DNA of 61,896 nucleotides from Acidobacteriota bacterium (GCA_046731735.1 JBKPLP010000010.1:1-61896); one strand, 5' to 3'; counted from the first letter of the stretch, positions 1 to 9,979 are shown. The notes: generated by a model from the letters alone, not told the origin. A program made the numbers and translations.

Positions 1-880
1 TTCGATCCAGCATCGCTTCGAATTCTCCCGCCGCAAGGACTCTGGCTTCGACGTGCTGCACGAAACGCTGCGCGAGCAGGTCGCGCACGCGAAACTCGGC
101 GCGTGCACGCCGGCGGCTTCCCTGCGTGTCAGCCATGTGCGTGCGGAAACGGTCAATCGCCGCCACCAATTCGGGCACGCCTTTGCCGGTCGTTGCCTCC
201 GTCTTCATGATCGGCGGTCGCCACTGGCCCGCCGTGAACGTCTGCAGTGAGAGATTCCCCTCGATGGACGCAGCCGTACGATCCGCTCCCTCGCGATCGG
301 CTTTGTTGACCACGAAAATGTCGGCGATTTCCATGATGCCCGCCTTCAGCGCCTGCACTTCGTCGCCTGAACCTGGTACGAAGGTCACGATCGAGACGTC
401 CGCCGTCCGCACGATATCGATCTCGTCCTGACCGACGCCGACCGTTTCGATGAGGACGATGTCCTTGCCGGCCGCGTCGAGCACCAGCGCCGCTTCGCCC
501 GTGGATCGCGCGAGGCCGCCGAGATGACCGCGGGTTGCCATGCTCCGGATGAAGACGCCAGTGTCGCCGGCGTGCGCCTGCATACGGACGCGATCCCCAA
601 GGAGGGCACCGCCGCTGAACGGACTGGTTGGATCGACGGCTACGATGCCGACGCTGCGCGAAGTCGCGCGAATTTCAGTGGTAAGACGATCGACGAGCGT
701 GCTCTTGCCCGCGCCCGGTGGTCCGGTCACGCCGACGAGGTACGCCCGGCCGGTGGAGGGAAAGATGCGCCGGATCAGGTCCGCCGCTGCGGGCGATTCA
801 TCCTCGATGAGCGAGATCGCCCGTGCGATCGCTCGCGGATCCCCGGCGAGCACGCGGTCTGACAGGCTGCCCGTCGTCAC
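1..880 (-). CDS. meaB: MeaB/ArgK-family GTPase chaperone of B12-dependent acyl-CoA mutases (3' end outside window)
   Basis: Manual translation from GTG at 880, overlapping the upstream stop (GTGA): [27 protein letters not shown]...[13 protein letters not shown]...[19 protein letters not shown]...[14 protein letters not shown]...[10 protein letters not shown]. Not in the ORF track because it runs off the edge. Confidence 0.93.
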   Translation of the reverse strand, partial: MTTGSLSDRVLAGDPRAIARAISLIEDESPAAADLIRRIFPSTGRAYLVGVTGPPGAGKSTLVDRLTTEIRATSRSVGIVAVDPTSPFSGGALLGDRVRMQAHAGDTGVFIRSMATRGHLGGLARSTGEAALVLDAAGKDIVLIETVGVGQDEIDIVRTADVSIVTFVPGSGDEVQALKAGIMEIADIFVVNKADREGADRTAASIEGNLSLQTFTAGQWRPPIMKTEATTGKGVPELVAAIDRFRTHMADTQGSRRRARAEFRVRDLLAQRFVQHVEARVLAAGEFEAMLDR

Positions 881-2019
881 TGGCCGAGCAGCTGCCGCGC
901 GATGACGAGCCGCTGAATCTCGCTCGTGCCCTCGCCGATCGTCACCAGCTTGACATCGCGGAAGTACTTCTCGGCAGGATAGTCCTTCACGAACCCGTAG
1001 CCGCCGTGGATCTGGACGCAGTCATCGGCCGCCTTGACGGCGGCCTCGCTCGCGAAGAGCTTCGCCATGGACGACTCTCGAGTCGTGCGCACGCCGCGAT
1101 CCTTGAGATACGCCGCCCGGTAGGTGAGCAGCCGCGCCGCCTCGATGCGCGTCGCGTTGTCCGCGAGTTTCCACTGGATCGCCTGGAACGCCGCGATCGG
1201 CTGGCCGAACTGCCGCCGCTCGAGCGCGTAGTTGCGCGCCGCCTCGTAGGCGCCTTGCGCCAGGCCGACCGACAGCGCGGCGATTCCGATCCGGCCCGCG
1301 TCGAGCACCTGGAGGGTGTTGATGAACCCCTGCCCTTCGTCGCCCAGCATCTCGGCCGCAGGCACGCGGCAGTTGTCGAACAGGACCTCGCTGGTGTCGC
1401 TCGCGCGCATGCCGAGCTTGTTCTCTTTTTTTCCGGCGCTCATCCCGCGCGTCCCGTGCTCGACGATGAACGCGGTGATCCCGCGGTGTCCTTTCGTGCG
1501 GTCCGTAACCGCAATGACGACCATGACACCGCCGATCGTACCGTGGGTGATGAACTGCTTCGAGCCGTTGATGACCCAGCAATCACCCCGGCGCACCGCG
1601 GTGGTGCGCATCGCGGCGGCGTCGCTCCCGGCGTTCGCCTCGGTGAGGCCCCAGGCGCCGAGCACCTCGCCGCCGACCAGTCGCGGCAGATACCGGGTCT
1701 TCTGCGCGGCAGTGCCGAACATCGCGATGTGCGCCGAACAGAGGCCGTTGTGCGCCGCGACAGAGAGGGCGATCGCCGGGCATACTCGGGCGAGCTCCTC
1801 GATGCAGATGCAGTAGTCGACCGCCGACATCGCCGCGCCGCCGTACTCCTCCGCGAACTGGATGCCGGTGAGGCCCAGGCCGGCGAGCTTCGGCAGCAGC
1901 TCCATGGGGAAATGCTGCGCCTCGTCCCACTCCATGACGTGGGGGCGGATTTCCGCTTCGGCGAATTCGCGCACCGTTCGCCGCAGGAGCTGCTGGTCGT
2001 CGGACAAGCGGAAGTCCAT
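877..2019 (-). CDS. Acyl-CoA dehydrogenase (short/branched-chain type)
   Basis: [48 protein letters not shown] motifs. Confidence 0.93.
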   Translation of the reverse strand: MDFRLSDDQQLLRRTVREFAEAEIRPHVMEWDEAQHFPMELLPKLAGLGLTGIQFAEEYGGAAMSAVDYCICIEELARVCPAIALSVAAHNGLCSAHIAMFGTAAQKTRYLPRLVGGEVLGAWGLTEANAGSDAAAMRTTAVRRGDCWVINGSKQFITHGTIGGVMVVIAVTDRTKGHRGITAFIVEHGTRGMSAGKKENKLGMRASDTSEVLFDNCRVPAAEMLGDEGQGFINTLQVLDAGRIGIAALSVGLAQGAYEAARNYALERRQFGQPIAAFQAIQWKLADNATRIEAARLLTYRAAYLKDRGVRTTRESSMAKLFASEAAVKAADDCVQIHGGYGFVKDYPAEKYFRDVKLVTIGEGTSEIQRLVIARQLLGQ

Positions 2020-2027
2020 GCTCTGTC

Positions 2028-2120
2028 AAGGTAGAAGGTAAAAGGAAAAAGGTAAAGCGATATGCTCATCCAATGAAGCGACCCTTTACCTTTTACCTTT
2101 TACCTTTGACCTTTTTCCTT
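2028..2120. repeat. Inverted pair of heptamer arrays (AAGGTAA x4 / TTACCTT x5)
   Basis: Left arm 2028-2055, right arm 2086-2120, read directly. Confidence 0.9.
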
Positions 2121-2573
2121 TTCGCAGCGCAGCCCGCTGCAGCAGACGTCACCGGATTTCTCGGCACGAATTCAACGCCAAACACGCGGTCCGTGAGAGG
2201 CTTCGCCATCGGCACCGGTCTCTTGATCGTCGGATTCGAGTTCGAGTACGCGCACACGAGCGACGACCTCGAGCACGCCGCGCCGGAACTCCGCACGTTC
2301 ATGTTCAACGGCCTCGTCCAGACCCCGATTCCGATCGCCCGCATGCAGTTCTATGGGACCGCCGGCGGCGGCGTCTTCCGCGAGACGCTCGATCTGATTT
2401 CGGGCGACCGGATTTCGGAAACGAACGTGGGAATCAACGTCGGAGGCGGGGTGAAGATCACACTCATCGGCCCGCTACGGCTGCGGCTCGATTACCGGGT
2501 GCACACGCTGCGCGGCACCTCGCTCTACAGCAATCCGAAACGGTTCTATGCGGGAATCAACCTGAAGTTCTAG
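2073..2573 (+). CDS. Small outer-membrane beta-barrel protein
   Basis: Signal peptide ending AAA-D, amphipathic strands (NVGINVGGGVK, LRLRLDYR), C-terminal YAGINLKF barrel signature. Confidence 0.75.
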   Translation: MKRPFTFYLLPLTFFLFAAQPAAADVTGFLGTNSTPNTRSVRGFAIGTGLLIVGFEFEYAHTSDDLEHAAPELRTFMFNGLVQTPIPIARMQFYGTAGGGVFRETLDLISGDRISETNVGINVGGGVKITLIGPLRLRLDYRVHTLRGTSLYSNPKRFYAGINLKF

Positions 2574-2577
2574 CGAC

Positions 2578-2628
2578 GTGCCGTCCGGGTTCAGGCGCGT
2601 GGCGACGCCCCGAACCCGGAACGGCGGC
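2578..2628. terminator. GC-rich hairpin between convergent genes
   Basis: gccgtccgggttc...gaacccggaacggc imperfect inverted repeat. Confidence 0.5.
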
Positions 2629-2633
2629 AATAC

Positions 2634-3167
2634 CTACTTCACTTCGGTCAGATTCAGGATGTTCATCGCGGCAACCGAACCCGCCCACTTCGTGTACGTG
2701 TCGCGCATCGCGGGGTCGCGCTGCTGCTCCGGCGTCAAGGTCGAATTGATGACCGTGAGCCAGTTGTATTCCGCGCCGGGCGTCGCCGGATCGTACAGGA
2801 GCACGTAAAACGCGTTGCCGCCGGCGCCCGGCTCCGACGACTTGTAAACCTTCACCGAGGCCTGCTGCTTCAGTTTCTCGTCCGTCGCCGCCGCGGCGCC
2901 GGTGCGGAGCTTCGCGATCATCTCTTCGAAGGCCGCCGTCTGATCGGGCTTGACCTGGACGAGGAGTATGCCGGAATTCGTCTTGAACGTTAACTTCGGC
3001 GCCGCCGGCTGCGCGGGAGCCGCCGCCGCGGGCGGCTGGCCGGTCGGGGCCGGCGTGGGCGGCTGCTGAGCCGGCGGCTGCTGCGCCGGAGCGGCCTGTG
3101 CGAACAGCACGGCAGGTGACAACGCCAGTGCCAAGGCAAAAGTCGAACTAACGAGCGGGCGACCCAT
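2634..3167 (-). CDS. Secreted hypothetical protein with Pro/Gln-rich linker
   Basis: Signal peptide (LFA-Q), strong AGGAGGAG RBS, PQ-rich linker followed by a globular domain. Confidence 0.8.
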   Translation of the reverse strand: MGRPLVSSTFALALALSPAVLFAQAAPAQQPPAQQPPTPAPTGQPPAAAAPAQPAAPKLTFKTNSGILLVQVKPDQTAAFEEMIAKLRTGAAAATDEKLKQQASVKVYKSSEPGAGGNAFYVLLYDPATPGAEYNWLTVINSTLTPEQQRDPAMRDTYTKWAGSVAAMNILNLTEVK

Positions 3168-3248
3168 TCAATCTCCTCCTTGATCGAACTCGCAAATACA
3201 CGGAAGCGGACACTTTACCGTACAGGACGCTCAACCGCCTAAATTTGT

Positions 3249-3310
3249 CCGCCTTCGCGCGAAGCGCTACGGCGAGACCTCGACGCAGCTCGAAAGAGCG
3301 GAGTCGGGGC
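3249..3310. repeat. Palindromic repeat, CCGCCTTCGC...GCTACGGCG family (copy 1)
   Basis: Same terminal motifs recur at 58343-58380. Confidence 0.7.
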
Positions 3311-3315
3311 GGGGC

Positions 3316-3376
3316 GCCGGGGCATAAAGTCCCGGTCTCCACTGCGCCGGTGTAGGGCGGCCCTTTACGGGCCGCC
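3316..3376. repeat. Pair of opposed GTAG/GTGG-type REP-like palindromes
   Basis: GTAG-GGCGGCCC-TTTAC-GGGCCGCC at 3352-3376; opposite-strand GTGG copy at 3316-3342. Confidence 0.75.
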
Positions 3377-3381
3377 AGGAT

Positions 3382-4509
3382 CTATACAAAAACCGACAGG
3401 ATTTCATTAGCGAGAAGCATGCCTTCCCGCGTCAGCCTCAGACGTGCGCCCTCGCGAATTGCCAGTCCGGCATCGATCGAGGGCTGGAGGGCGCCGCCAA
3501 ACGTCCGCCAGACGTCCCTGCCATATCGCGCGCCGACGCGATCGATGTCGAGGCCTTCAGACAACCGCAGACCGGTGAAGAGTGCCTCCTCCAGCTGCAT
3601 ATCGCAGGTCAGCTCGCGACGCTCAACCATGACCGGCTGGTTGGCTTGCACGCGATTCACGTAATCCTCGGTCGAGGAGACATTCTTCCACCGGACGCCG
3701 CCGCTCGTCGAGTGGGCCCCGCAGCCGAACCCGATCCACGCGCCGTCCTGCCAGTATTTGAGGTTGTGGCGTGACGCCTTGCCGGGACGGGCGACATTCG
3801 AGATCTCGTACTGCTGATACCCCTCACGCTCGAGCCGTTCCATGCTCCACAGATACATATCCGCCGCGTCGTCGTCCGGCGCGAGCGACCAGCCCGCACG
3901 TGCCATGTCCTCCTTCAGCGGCGCGTTGGGATACAGCTCGAGCAGATACAGCGAGGCATGCTCCGGTGCGACCTCGATCAGGCTCTCGACGTTGTCGCGC
4001 CAGTGCGCCGCGGTTTGCTGCGGCAGCCACATCATCAGGTCGAGCGAGATGTTGTCGATGCCCGCGCCGCGGGCCTCGCCGATCGCCGCGCGCGCTCGTT
4101 CAACCGAATGAATGCGCCCCAGGCGTTTGAGTTCCTCCTCGCGAAAGGATTGGACACCGAAACTAACCCGATTGACCCCCGCTGCTCTGAACCCGGCCAT
4201 CCGCTCCGTCGTCGAGGTCTCGGGGTTGGCTTCCAGTGTGACCTCGGCGTCGGCCGCGAGGTCGAACGAGTCGCGGCACGCGCGGATGAGGCCCGCGATC
4301 TCTGCCGGCTCGAGAAGGGACGGGGTGCCGCCGCCAAAAAAAATCGTGTCGGCGGCCTCACCGGAGTGTGCGGTACCCCTGATTTCCCGGTCGAGGGCGG
4401 ACAGGTATCGGTCCTTCAACCCGGAGTCGAACAGGCCGCGGTTGAAGTTGCAGTAACTACAAATTGCCGAACAGAAAGGAACGTGGACGTAGAGACCCAG
4501 AATCGCCAT
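3382..4509 (-). CDS. hemW: Radical SAM heme chaperone HemW (HemN-like)
   Basis: LYVHVPFCSAICSYCNF (CxxxCxxC), FFGGGTPS, YEISN, HNLKYW; start set at ATG 4509. Confidence 0.9.
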   Translation of the reverse strand: MAILGLYVHVPFCSAICSYCNFNRGLFDSGLKDRYLSALDREIRGTAHSGEAADTIFFGGGTPSLLEPAEIAGLIRACRDSFDLAADAEVTLEANPETSTTERMAGFRAAGVNRVSFGVQSFREEELKRLGRIHSVERARAAIGEARGAGIDNISLDLMMWLPQQTAAHWRDNVESLIEVAPEHASLYLLELYPNAPLKEDMARAGWSLAPDDDAADMYLWSMERLEREGYQQYEISNVARPGKASRHNLKYWQDGAWIGFGCGAHSTSGGVRWKNVSSTEDYVNRVQANQPVMVERRELTCDMQLEEALFTGLRLSEGLDIDRVGARYGRDVWRTFGGALQPSIDAGLAIREGARLRLTREGMLLANEILSVFV

Positions 4510-4597
4510 AATCGCCGGTAATTGCCAGAATCGCCGTAATTCAAATTCGATCAATCAATTATGGCAATTATTGAAATTATGGCATTTATGGCAATTC
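4497..4597. repeat. Inverted pair of nonamer arrays (AATYGCCAG-like / TGGCAATT-like)
   Basis: aatcgccat aatcgccgg aattgccag aatcgccgt ... aattatggc aattattga aattatggc atttatggc; overlaps the hemW start. Confidence 0.85.
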
Positions 4598-4598
4598 C

Positions 4599-5465
4599 TT
4601 AGCTTCCCGCCTTGCCGCCGGTCCAGCCGAGATCCTTCCCCTTCGGCTCCGGCTGCTTGATGTGAGCGCGGATTGGACCTTTGGCGCGCGACGGCAGGGC
4701 CCGCCGGCCGCCGTTGGGACCTTTACGCTTCCACAGCGCGAGCAGGTCGTCCGCCCCGGCATTGGTCGGCGCGTGACGGTAGTCGGCTCCGTCGAACTCC
4801 AGGAATTCGCACATCTCGTGCAACCGCGAATGAATCCGGAAGCCGATGCGCTCCTTGAGCGTGAAGTCTTGACTCTCCGCCGACGCGTCCTCCGGCGTGT
4901 CTTCGTAGTTCGACGTGAAAATCGTGTGCCGGCGCTCGTTGTAGCGCGTGTTGACTATCAGGTTCATCGTCTCCTCGACCCACTCGGACGTCTTTTCGGA
5001 TCCGATGTCGTCGAGCACGAGGAGATCGGCTTCCACGACGGGCCGGAGGATGTCCATCTCGGCGGTGCGCACGAGCGGGTTGTACGTGCTCCTGATGACG
5101 CGGAGCAGGTCGCGCACGTCGTAGAACAGCCCACGCGCGCCTTTGTTCAGAATCACGTGGCGGAGCACCGCGACCGAGAGATGCGTCTTGCCGATGCCCG
5201 GCGGTCCGATCAGGCACAGGCTCTTGCGCGGCTCGGGAAAATCGTCGGCGAACTTCCGCGCCTGTTTCACCGCGTTCAGCAGCTTCTCGTTAGGGTAGGT
5301 GACGAACGTCGCGAGATCGCACTTGCGATACCGCGGTGGAATCCGCGCGTCCTCGAGCAGACGTGCGGAGAGTCCTTCGCGCCAGCAGTCGCAGCGGACG
5401 ACGCGGCGGATGCCATCGCGATCGACGGGTTTCCAGCCGGTATCGTCGCAGAGTGGACAGGGCAT
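4599..5465 (-). CDS. DnaC/DnaI-like (IstB-family) AAA+ ATPase, probable helicase loader
   Basis: N-terminal CPLC...CDC, Walker A GPPGIGKT, Walker B LLVLDDIG, TIFTSN, SRLHEMC. Confidence 0.8.
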   Translation of the reverse strand: MPCPLCDDTGWKPVDRDGIRRVVRCDCWREGLSARLLEDARIPPRYRKCDLATFVTYPNEKLLNAVKQARKFADDFPEPRKSLCLIGPPGIGKTHLSVAVLRHVILNKGARGLFYDVRDLLRVIRSTYNPLVRTAEMDILRPVVEADLLVLDDIGSEKTSEWVEETMNLIVNTRYNERRHTIFTSNYEDTPEDASAESQDFTLKERIGFRIHSRLHEMCEFLEFDGADYRHAPTNAGADDLLALWKRKGPNGGRRALPSRAKGPIRAHIKQPEPKGKDLGWTGGKAGS

Positions 5466-5489
5466 GAGTGCGCGGGAAGCCGATTGTAC

Positions 5490-5527
5490 CTCAGTTCAGG
5501 TACGATGTGACTCAGTTCAGGTACGAT
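5490..5527. repeat. 17-bp direct duplication of the sigma gene 3' end
   Basis: CTCAGTTCAGGTACGAT at 5490-5506 and 5511-5527. Confidence 0.9.
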
Positions 5528-6369
5528 CGCAGCTCGCGCGCGCGCTTCGAGCGTCGGAGTTTTTCTTTCGCGCGCGATTCGATCTGGCGGATCCGCTCAC
5601 GCGAGAGACCGAGCGTGTCGCCGACTTCCTGCAACGTGCGCGGATCGCCGTCGCGGTCGAGGCCGAAACGCAGCTCGATCACTTCGCGCTCCTTGTCGTC
5701 GAGCTCGTCGAGCGCGTCCTGGACATCGGCATGCAGCTGCCGATGGATCATCTGCTCCTCGGCGGGAGGGACACTCGCTTGCTGCAGCATGTCGCCTAGT
5801 TCGGGACTGTCGGTATCGTCGTCCCCACCGATATGACTGCTCAGCGACACGTCGCGATCGCCGATGCGGATCAGTGCTTCGGCTTCCCCGGGAGAAATGT
5901 CGAGGTCGTCGGCGATCTCGCGTGGCGTCGGCGTGCGGTGGAGTTCCTCGGTGAGCTCGGAGACTTCGCGTCCGAACCGCGCCGCGACCGCCGACAGCTT
6001 CTGCGGGAGCGTGAAGGCGCGCGTCTGCCCCGACAGCGCGTGGGTGATCGCCTGCCGGATCCACCAGACCGCGTAGGTGATGAACTTGACGTTGCGGTCC
6101 GGATCGAATCGCCGCGCCGCCTCCATCAAACCGAGATTGCCTTCGTGAATGAGATCGAGGAAGGGGACGCCCAGTCCCCGGTAGCGCTTGGCGTAGCTGA
6201 CCACGAATCGGAGGTTGCCTTCGACGAGCCTGCGCAGGGCGGCTTCGTCGCCGCGCTTGATGCGCCGCGCGAGATCCTGCTCCTCTTCCTGGGTGAGCCG
6301 GGGGAGTTTGGCGATGGTGCGCAGGTATGCCTTCAGCGAATCATCGGGCTCGCCGCCGCCATCGCGCAT
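5512..6369 (-). CDS. Sigma-70 family factor lacking region 1.1 (RpoS/SigB-like)
   Basis: DSLKAYL, NLRFVV, DLIHEGNLGL, KFITYAVWWIRQAI, TLQEVG...SRERIRQIE. Confidence 0.9.
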   Translation of the reverse strand: MRDGGGEPDDSLKAYLRTIAKLPRLTQEEEQDLARRIKRGDEAALRRLVEGNLRFVVSYAKRYRGLGVPFLDLIHEGNLGLMEAARRFDPDRNVKFITYAVWWIRQAITHALSGQTRAFTLPQKLSAVAARFGREVSELTEELHRTPTPREIADDLDISPGEAEALIRIGDRDVSLSSHIGGDDDTDSPELGDMLQQASVPPAEEQMIHRQLHADVQDALDELDDKEREVIELRFGLDRDGDPRTLQEVGDTLGLSRERIRQIESRAKEKLRRSKRARELRSYLN

Positions 6370-6412
6370 GGCCCGATTGTACCAGCGGCGGCCTCATCAC
6401 CGACAGGCGCGC

Positions 6413-6868
6413 TTACGCTTTGCGGCGCGGGGGTTCTTCGATGTGGTCCGGCTCGACGGTGGTCTCGGTCTGCGGCGGCGGCGCCGCCGCGCGCACGAGA
6501 TCGGTCGGCGACGACTTCACCAGCGCGGTGCTGAGCCGCTGTTCCCAGTCGCCGATGCCGCGCGAGAGCTCGCGCTTGACGTAGTCGATGAACTCGTTGA
6601 CCTCGTGCTGCATCGCCTCGATCTTCCGCCGCATGTTCAGGATGATTTCGACGCCCGCGAGGTTCACGCCGAGGTCGCGCGTGAGCGACAGGATCGTTTC
6701 CAGCTGCTCGAGATCTTCTTCGGAATACAGCCTCGTGTTGCCTTCTGTGCGCGACGGCTTCAGCAACCCTTCACGTTCGTACAGGCGCAGCGTCTGCGGG
6801 TGGATGTTGTACTTCTGCGCCACCGCGCTGATCATGTAATACGCCTTGCCGGAGCGCTTCGCGGTCAT
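6413..6868 (-). CDS. hspR: MerR-family heat-shock repressor HspR
   Basis: YMISAVA...IHPQTLRLYEREGLLKPSRTEGNTRLYS...LGVNLAGVEII; directly downstream of dnaK-dnaJ. Confidence 0.88.
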   Translation of the reverse strand: MTAKRSGKAYYMISAVAQKYNIHPQTLRLYEREGLLKPSRTEGNTRLYSEEDLEQLETILSLTRDLGVNLAGVEIILNMRRKIEAMQHEVNEFIDYVKRELSRGIGDWEQRLSTALVKSSPTDLVRAAAPPPQTETTVEPDHIEEPPRRKA

Positions 6869-7950
6869 ACGTGCAAATCTCGTCTCACGTCTTCCCCGTT
6901 CAACCGTCCGAACTCACGCATCAGTTCCTTCGAACGTTCGTCCGCGACCGCGGGAAGCACGAGCTTCACTTCGACAATCAGGTCGCCGCGCGTGCCCGCG
7001 GGGGTGGGCGCACCGCGGCCGCTCATGCGGAACCGCTGTCCCGCCTGCGTGCCAGGAGGAATCCTCAGTTTCACGGCGCCGTCGAGCGTGGGCACATCGA
7101 TGCGGGCGCCGAGCACCGCTTCATGCACGGCGACAGGAACGACAATGAACAGGTCGTCCCCTTCTCTGCGCAGAAGCGGATGCGGCGGCACGCGAACGTC
7201 CACGTAGAGGTCGCCGGTGCGGCCGCCGCGCAGCCCCGCGTGGCCGCGCTCCGCGACCCGCAGCTGCGCGCCGTCGCGCACGCCGGCAGGCACGCGGACG
7301 GGCACAGGCTCGCTTCTCACCAGACGGCCGTGCGCGGCGCACACCTCACACCGCTGATACCGCTGACGGCCGGTGCCACCGCATGCGGCACACGATTTCG
7401 AGAAAACCATATGGCCGCGCGCCCAGCGCACCTTGCCGGTCGCCTGGCAGTGCGGGCAGCGTCCCTCTGGCGTCCGAATCCGGCCTGCCCCTGCACACGC
7501 GCCGCACGGCACCTGCCGCATCACCACGACCTGGCGATCGACACCCCGCAGCGACTCCTCGAACGTGACCGTCAGCGTGGCGTGGAGATCCGCACCGGGC
7601 TCGGCGCGGGCGTCGTCGTGCACGGGAGGATGCAGGACGTCGGCAAACAGTTCGCTGAACGTCGCCGCGTCCGTGCCGTGGGCGGCAAATGAAAAGTCGA
7701 ATCCGGCGAATTCGAACGCAGCCGATTGCACCCCCGCGGACGACGCGGCACCTCCCGTGTCGTAGCGACGCCGTCGATCCGGATCACTGAGGGTGTCGTA
7801 TGCCTCGGTGATCCGTTCGAACAGCGCCTCTGCTTGACGGTCGCCCGGGTTGAGACCCGGGTGATACCGCCGCGACAGCCGCCGATATGCCCGCTTGATC
7901 TCGGCCAGGCTTGCGCCGGGGCCGAGCCCAAGGACCGCGTAGTAATCCAT
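6865..7950 (-). CDS. dnaJ: DnaJ-like co-chaperone (J domain with HPG, four CxxC motifs, C-terminal domain)
   Basis: MDYYAVLGL...IKRAYRRL...YHPG; CGAC, CPHC, CAAC, CEVC; GDLYV; EAVLGA. Confidence 0.85.
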   Translation of the reverse strand: MDYYAVLGLGPGASLAEIKRAYRRLSRRYHPGLNPGDRQAEALFERITEAYDTLSDPDRRRRYDTGGAASSAGVQSAAFEFAGFDFSFAAHGTDAATFSELFADVLHPPVHDDARAEPGADLHATLTVTFEESLRGVDRQVVVMRQVPCGACAGAGRIRTPEGRCPHCQATGKVRWARGHMVFSKSCAACGGTGRQRYQRCEVCAAHGRLVRSEPVPVRVPAGVRDGAQLRVAERGHAGLRGGRTGDLYVDVRVPPHPLLRREGDDLFIVVPVAVHEAVLGARIDVPTLDGAVKLRIPPGTQAGQRFRMSGRGAPTPAGTRGDLIVEVKLVLPAVADERSKELMREFGRLNGEDVRRDLHV

Positions 7951-7956
7951 AAGGGT

Positions 7957-7983
7957 GCGGCGGGGTCTGAAGACCCCGTTTAC
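7957..7983. repeat. Degenerate REP-like palindrome between dnaK and dnaJ
   Basis: CGGGGTCT-GA-AGACCCCG, same core as 39902-39931. Confidence 0.6.
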
Positions 7984-9893
7984 TTCTTCTCCTCTTCGAC
8001 AACCTCCGCGTCGATGACGTCGCCTTGTGCCCCGGCCGACGGCCCGGCGCCGCCGCCCGGCTGCCCGCCGCTCGCGCCAGCACCCCCGCCCGCGTTCGCC
8101 GCGCGGTAGAGCGCTTCGGCGGCCCGGTGTTGCGCGCTGTTCAACGCATCCATCGCCCGCTTCATCTCCGCGACGTCGTTCTTCTCGATCGCGCGCTTGA
8201 GATCCTGCACCGCCGATTCGATCGGCTGCTTATCGGACGCCGACAGCTTGTCGCCGTTGTCCTTCAGCATCCGCTCGGCCGCATAGGCCGCCTGGTCGGC
8301 ATGGTTGCGCGTCTCGATCTCTTCCTTGCGCTTGCGATCGTCCTCGGCGTGCGACTCCGCCTCCTTCATCATCTTGTCGACCTCGTCCTTCGAGAGGCCG
8401 CTCGACGACGTGATGGTGATCTTCTGTTCCTTCTGCGTCGCCATGTCCTTGGCCGACACGTTGACGATGCCGTTGGCATCGATGTCGAACGTGACCTCGA
8501 TCTGCGGCACGCCTCGCGGCGCCGGCGGCAGCCCCGCCAGATGGAACTTGCCGAGCGGACGGTTGTCACGCGCCATCGGCCGTTCGCCCTGGAGGACGTG
8601 GACCTCGACGCTCGTCTGGTTGTCCGCCGCGGTCGAGAACGTCTCGCTCTTGCGCGTCGGGATGGTCGTGTTGCGCGGGATCAGCGTCGTCATCACGCCG
8701 CCCAGCGTCTCGATGCCGAGCGACAGCGGCGTCACGTCGAGCAGCAGCAGGTCCTTGACCTCGCCGGCAAGCACACCCGCCTGAATCGCCGCCCCGACCG
8801 CGACCACTTCGTCAGGGTTCACACCCTTGTGCGGTTCCTTGCCGAACAGGTCCTTGACGATTGCCTGCACGCGCGGGATCCGCGTTGAACCGCCGACGAG
8901 CACGACCTCGTCGATTTTCGACGGATCGATCCCCGCGTCCGCGAGCGCCTGCTTGGTGGGTCCGACGGTCTTCTGCAGCAGGTCTTCGACTATCTGCTCG
9001 AACTTGGCCCGCGTGAGCTTCATCGTCAGGTGCTTGGGCCCGGTCTGATCGGCGGTGATGAACGGCAGGTTGATGTCGGTCTCCATCACCGTGGAGAGCT
9101 CCATCTTCGCCTTCTCCGCCGCTTCCTTCAGCCGCTGCAGCGCCATGCGATCCTTCGAAAGATCGATGCCTTCCTGCTTCTTGAACTCCGCGACAATCCA
9201 GTCCATGATCCGCTGGTCGAGGTTGTCGCCGCCGAGATGGGTGTCGCCGTTGGTGGCCTTGACTTCCACGACCCCTTCGCCGACTTCCAGAATCGAGATG
9301 TCGAAGGTGCCGCCGCCGAAGTCGTACACGGCGATGGTCTCGTCCTTCTTCTTGTCCAGGCCGTAGGCGAGCGCGGCGGCCGTCGGCTCGTTGACGATGC
9401 GCATCACTTCCAGGCCGGCGATCTGACCGGCGTCCTTTGTCGCCTGGCGCTGCGCGTCGTTGAAATACGCCGGCACCGTGATCACGGCCTTCTTCACCGG
9501 CTGTCCGAGATACTCCTCGGCGGCCTGCTTCAACTTCTGCAGAATCATCGCGGAGATCTCGGGAGGCGAGAACTCCTTGCCGCCGGCGTTTACGCGCACG
9601 TCGCCGTTCCCGGCCCGCACGACCGAATACGGCACCATCTTCATCTCTTCGTTGACTTCATCGAACTTGCGTCCCATGAACCGCTTGATCGAGAAGACGG
9701 TGTTTTCGGGATTGGTGACCGCCTGCCGCTTGGCCACCTGGCCGACCAGGCGCTCGCCCGACTTGGTGAACCCCACGACCGAAGGCGTGATGCGGCTGCC
9801 TTCCGGATTGGTGATCACCACCGGCTCCCCGCCTTCCATAACGGCCACAACCGAGTTGGTGGTGCCCAGGTCGATACCGATAATCTTGCTCAT
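7980..9893 (-). CDS. dnaK: Chaperone DnaK (Hsp70)
   Basis: [56 protein letters not shown]. Confidence 0.99.
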   Translation of the reverse strand: MSKIIGIDLGTTNSVVAVMEGGEPVVITNPEGSRITPSVVGFTKSGERLVGQVAKRQAVTNPENTVFSIKRFMGRKFDEVNEEMKMVPYSVVRAGNGDVRVNAGGKEFSPPEISAMILQKLKQAAEEYLGQPVKKAVITVPAYFNDAQRQATKDAGQIAGLEVMRIVNEPTAAALAYGLDKKKDETIAVYDFGGGTFDISILEVGEGVVEVKATNGDTHLGGDNLDQRIMDWIVAEFKKQEGIDLSKDRMALQRLKEAAEKAKMELSTVMETDINLPFITADQTGPKHLTMKLTRAKFEQIVEDLLQKTVGPTKQALADAGIDPSKIDEVVLVGGSTRIPRVQAIVKDLFGKEPHKGVNPDEVVAVGAAIQAGVLAGEVKDLLLLDVTPLSLGIETLGGVMTTLIPRNTTIPTRKSETFSTAADNQTSVEVHVLQGERPMARDNRPLGKFHLAGLPPAPRGVPQIEVTFDIDANGIVNVSAKDMATQKEQKITITSSSGLSKDEVDKMMKEAESHAEDDRKRKEEIETRNHADQAAYAAERMLKDNGDKLSASDKQPIESAVQDLKRAIEKNDVAEMKRAMDALNSAQHRAAEALYRAANAGGGAGASGGQPGGGAGPSAGAQGDVIDAEVVEEEKK

Positions 9894-9950
9894 GCCGTTG
9901 CCCTCACGTCCTGCCGCCTAGCTGAAGCGGCAAATCTTTATAACGTTCAT

Positions 9951-9979
9951 AATATAAAATGTGAGCGCTAACTAGTCAA
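9951..9979 (-). promoter_or_regulatory. Sigma-70 promoter of dnaK
   Basis: Minus strand TTGACT-17 nt-TATATT. Confidence 0.8.

Noticed and set aside
4599-5465. IS21 IstB helper or prophage replication gene
   Set aside because: No IstA transposase, terminal repeats or phage genes; the context is housekeeping.
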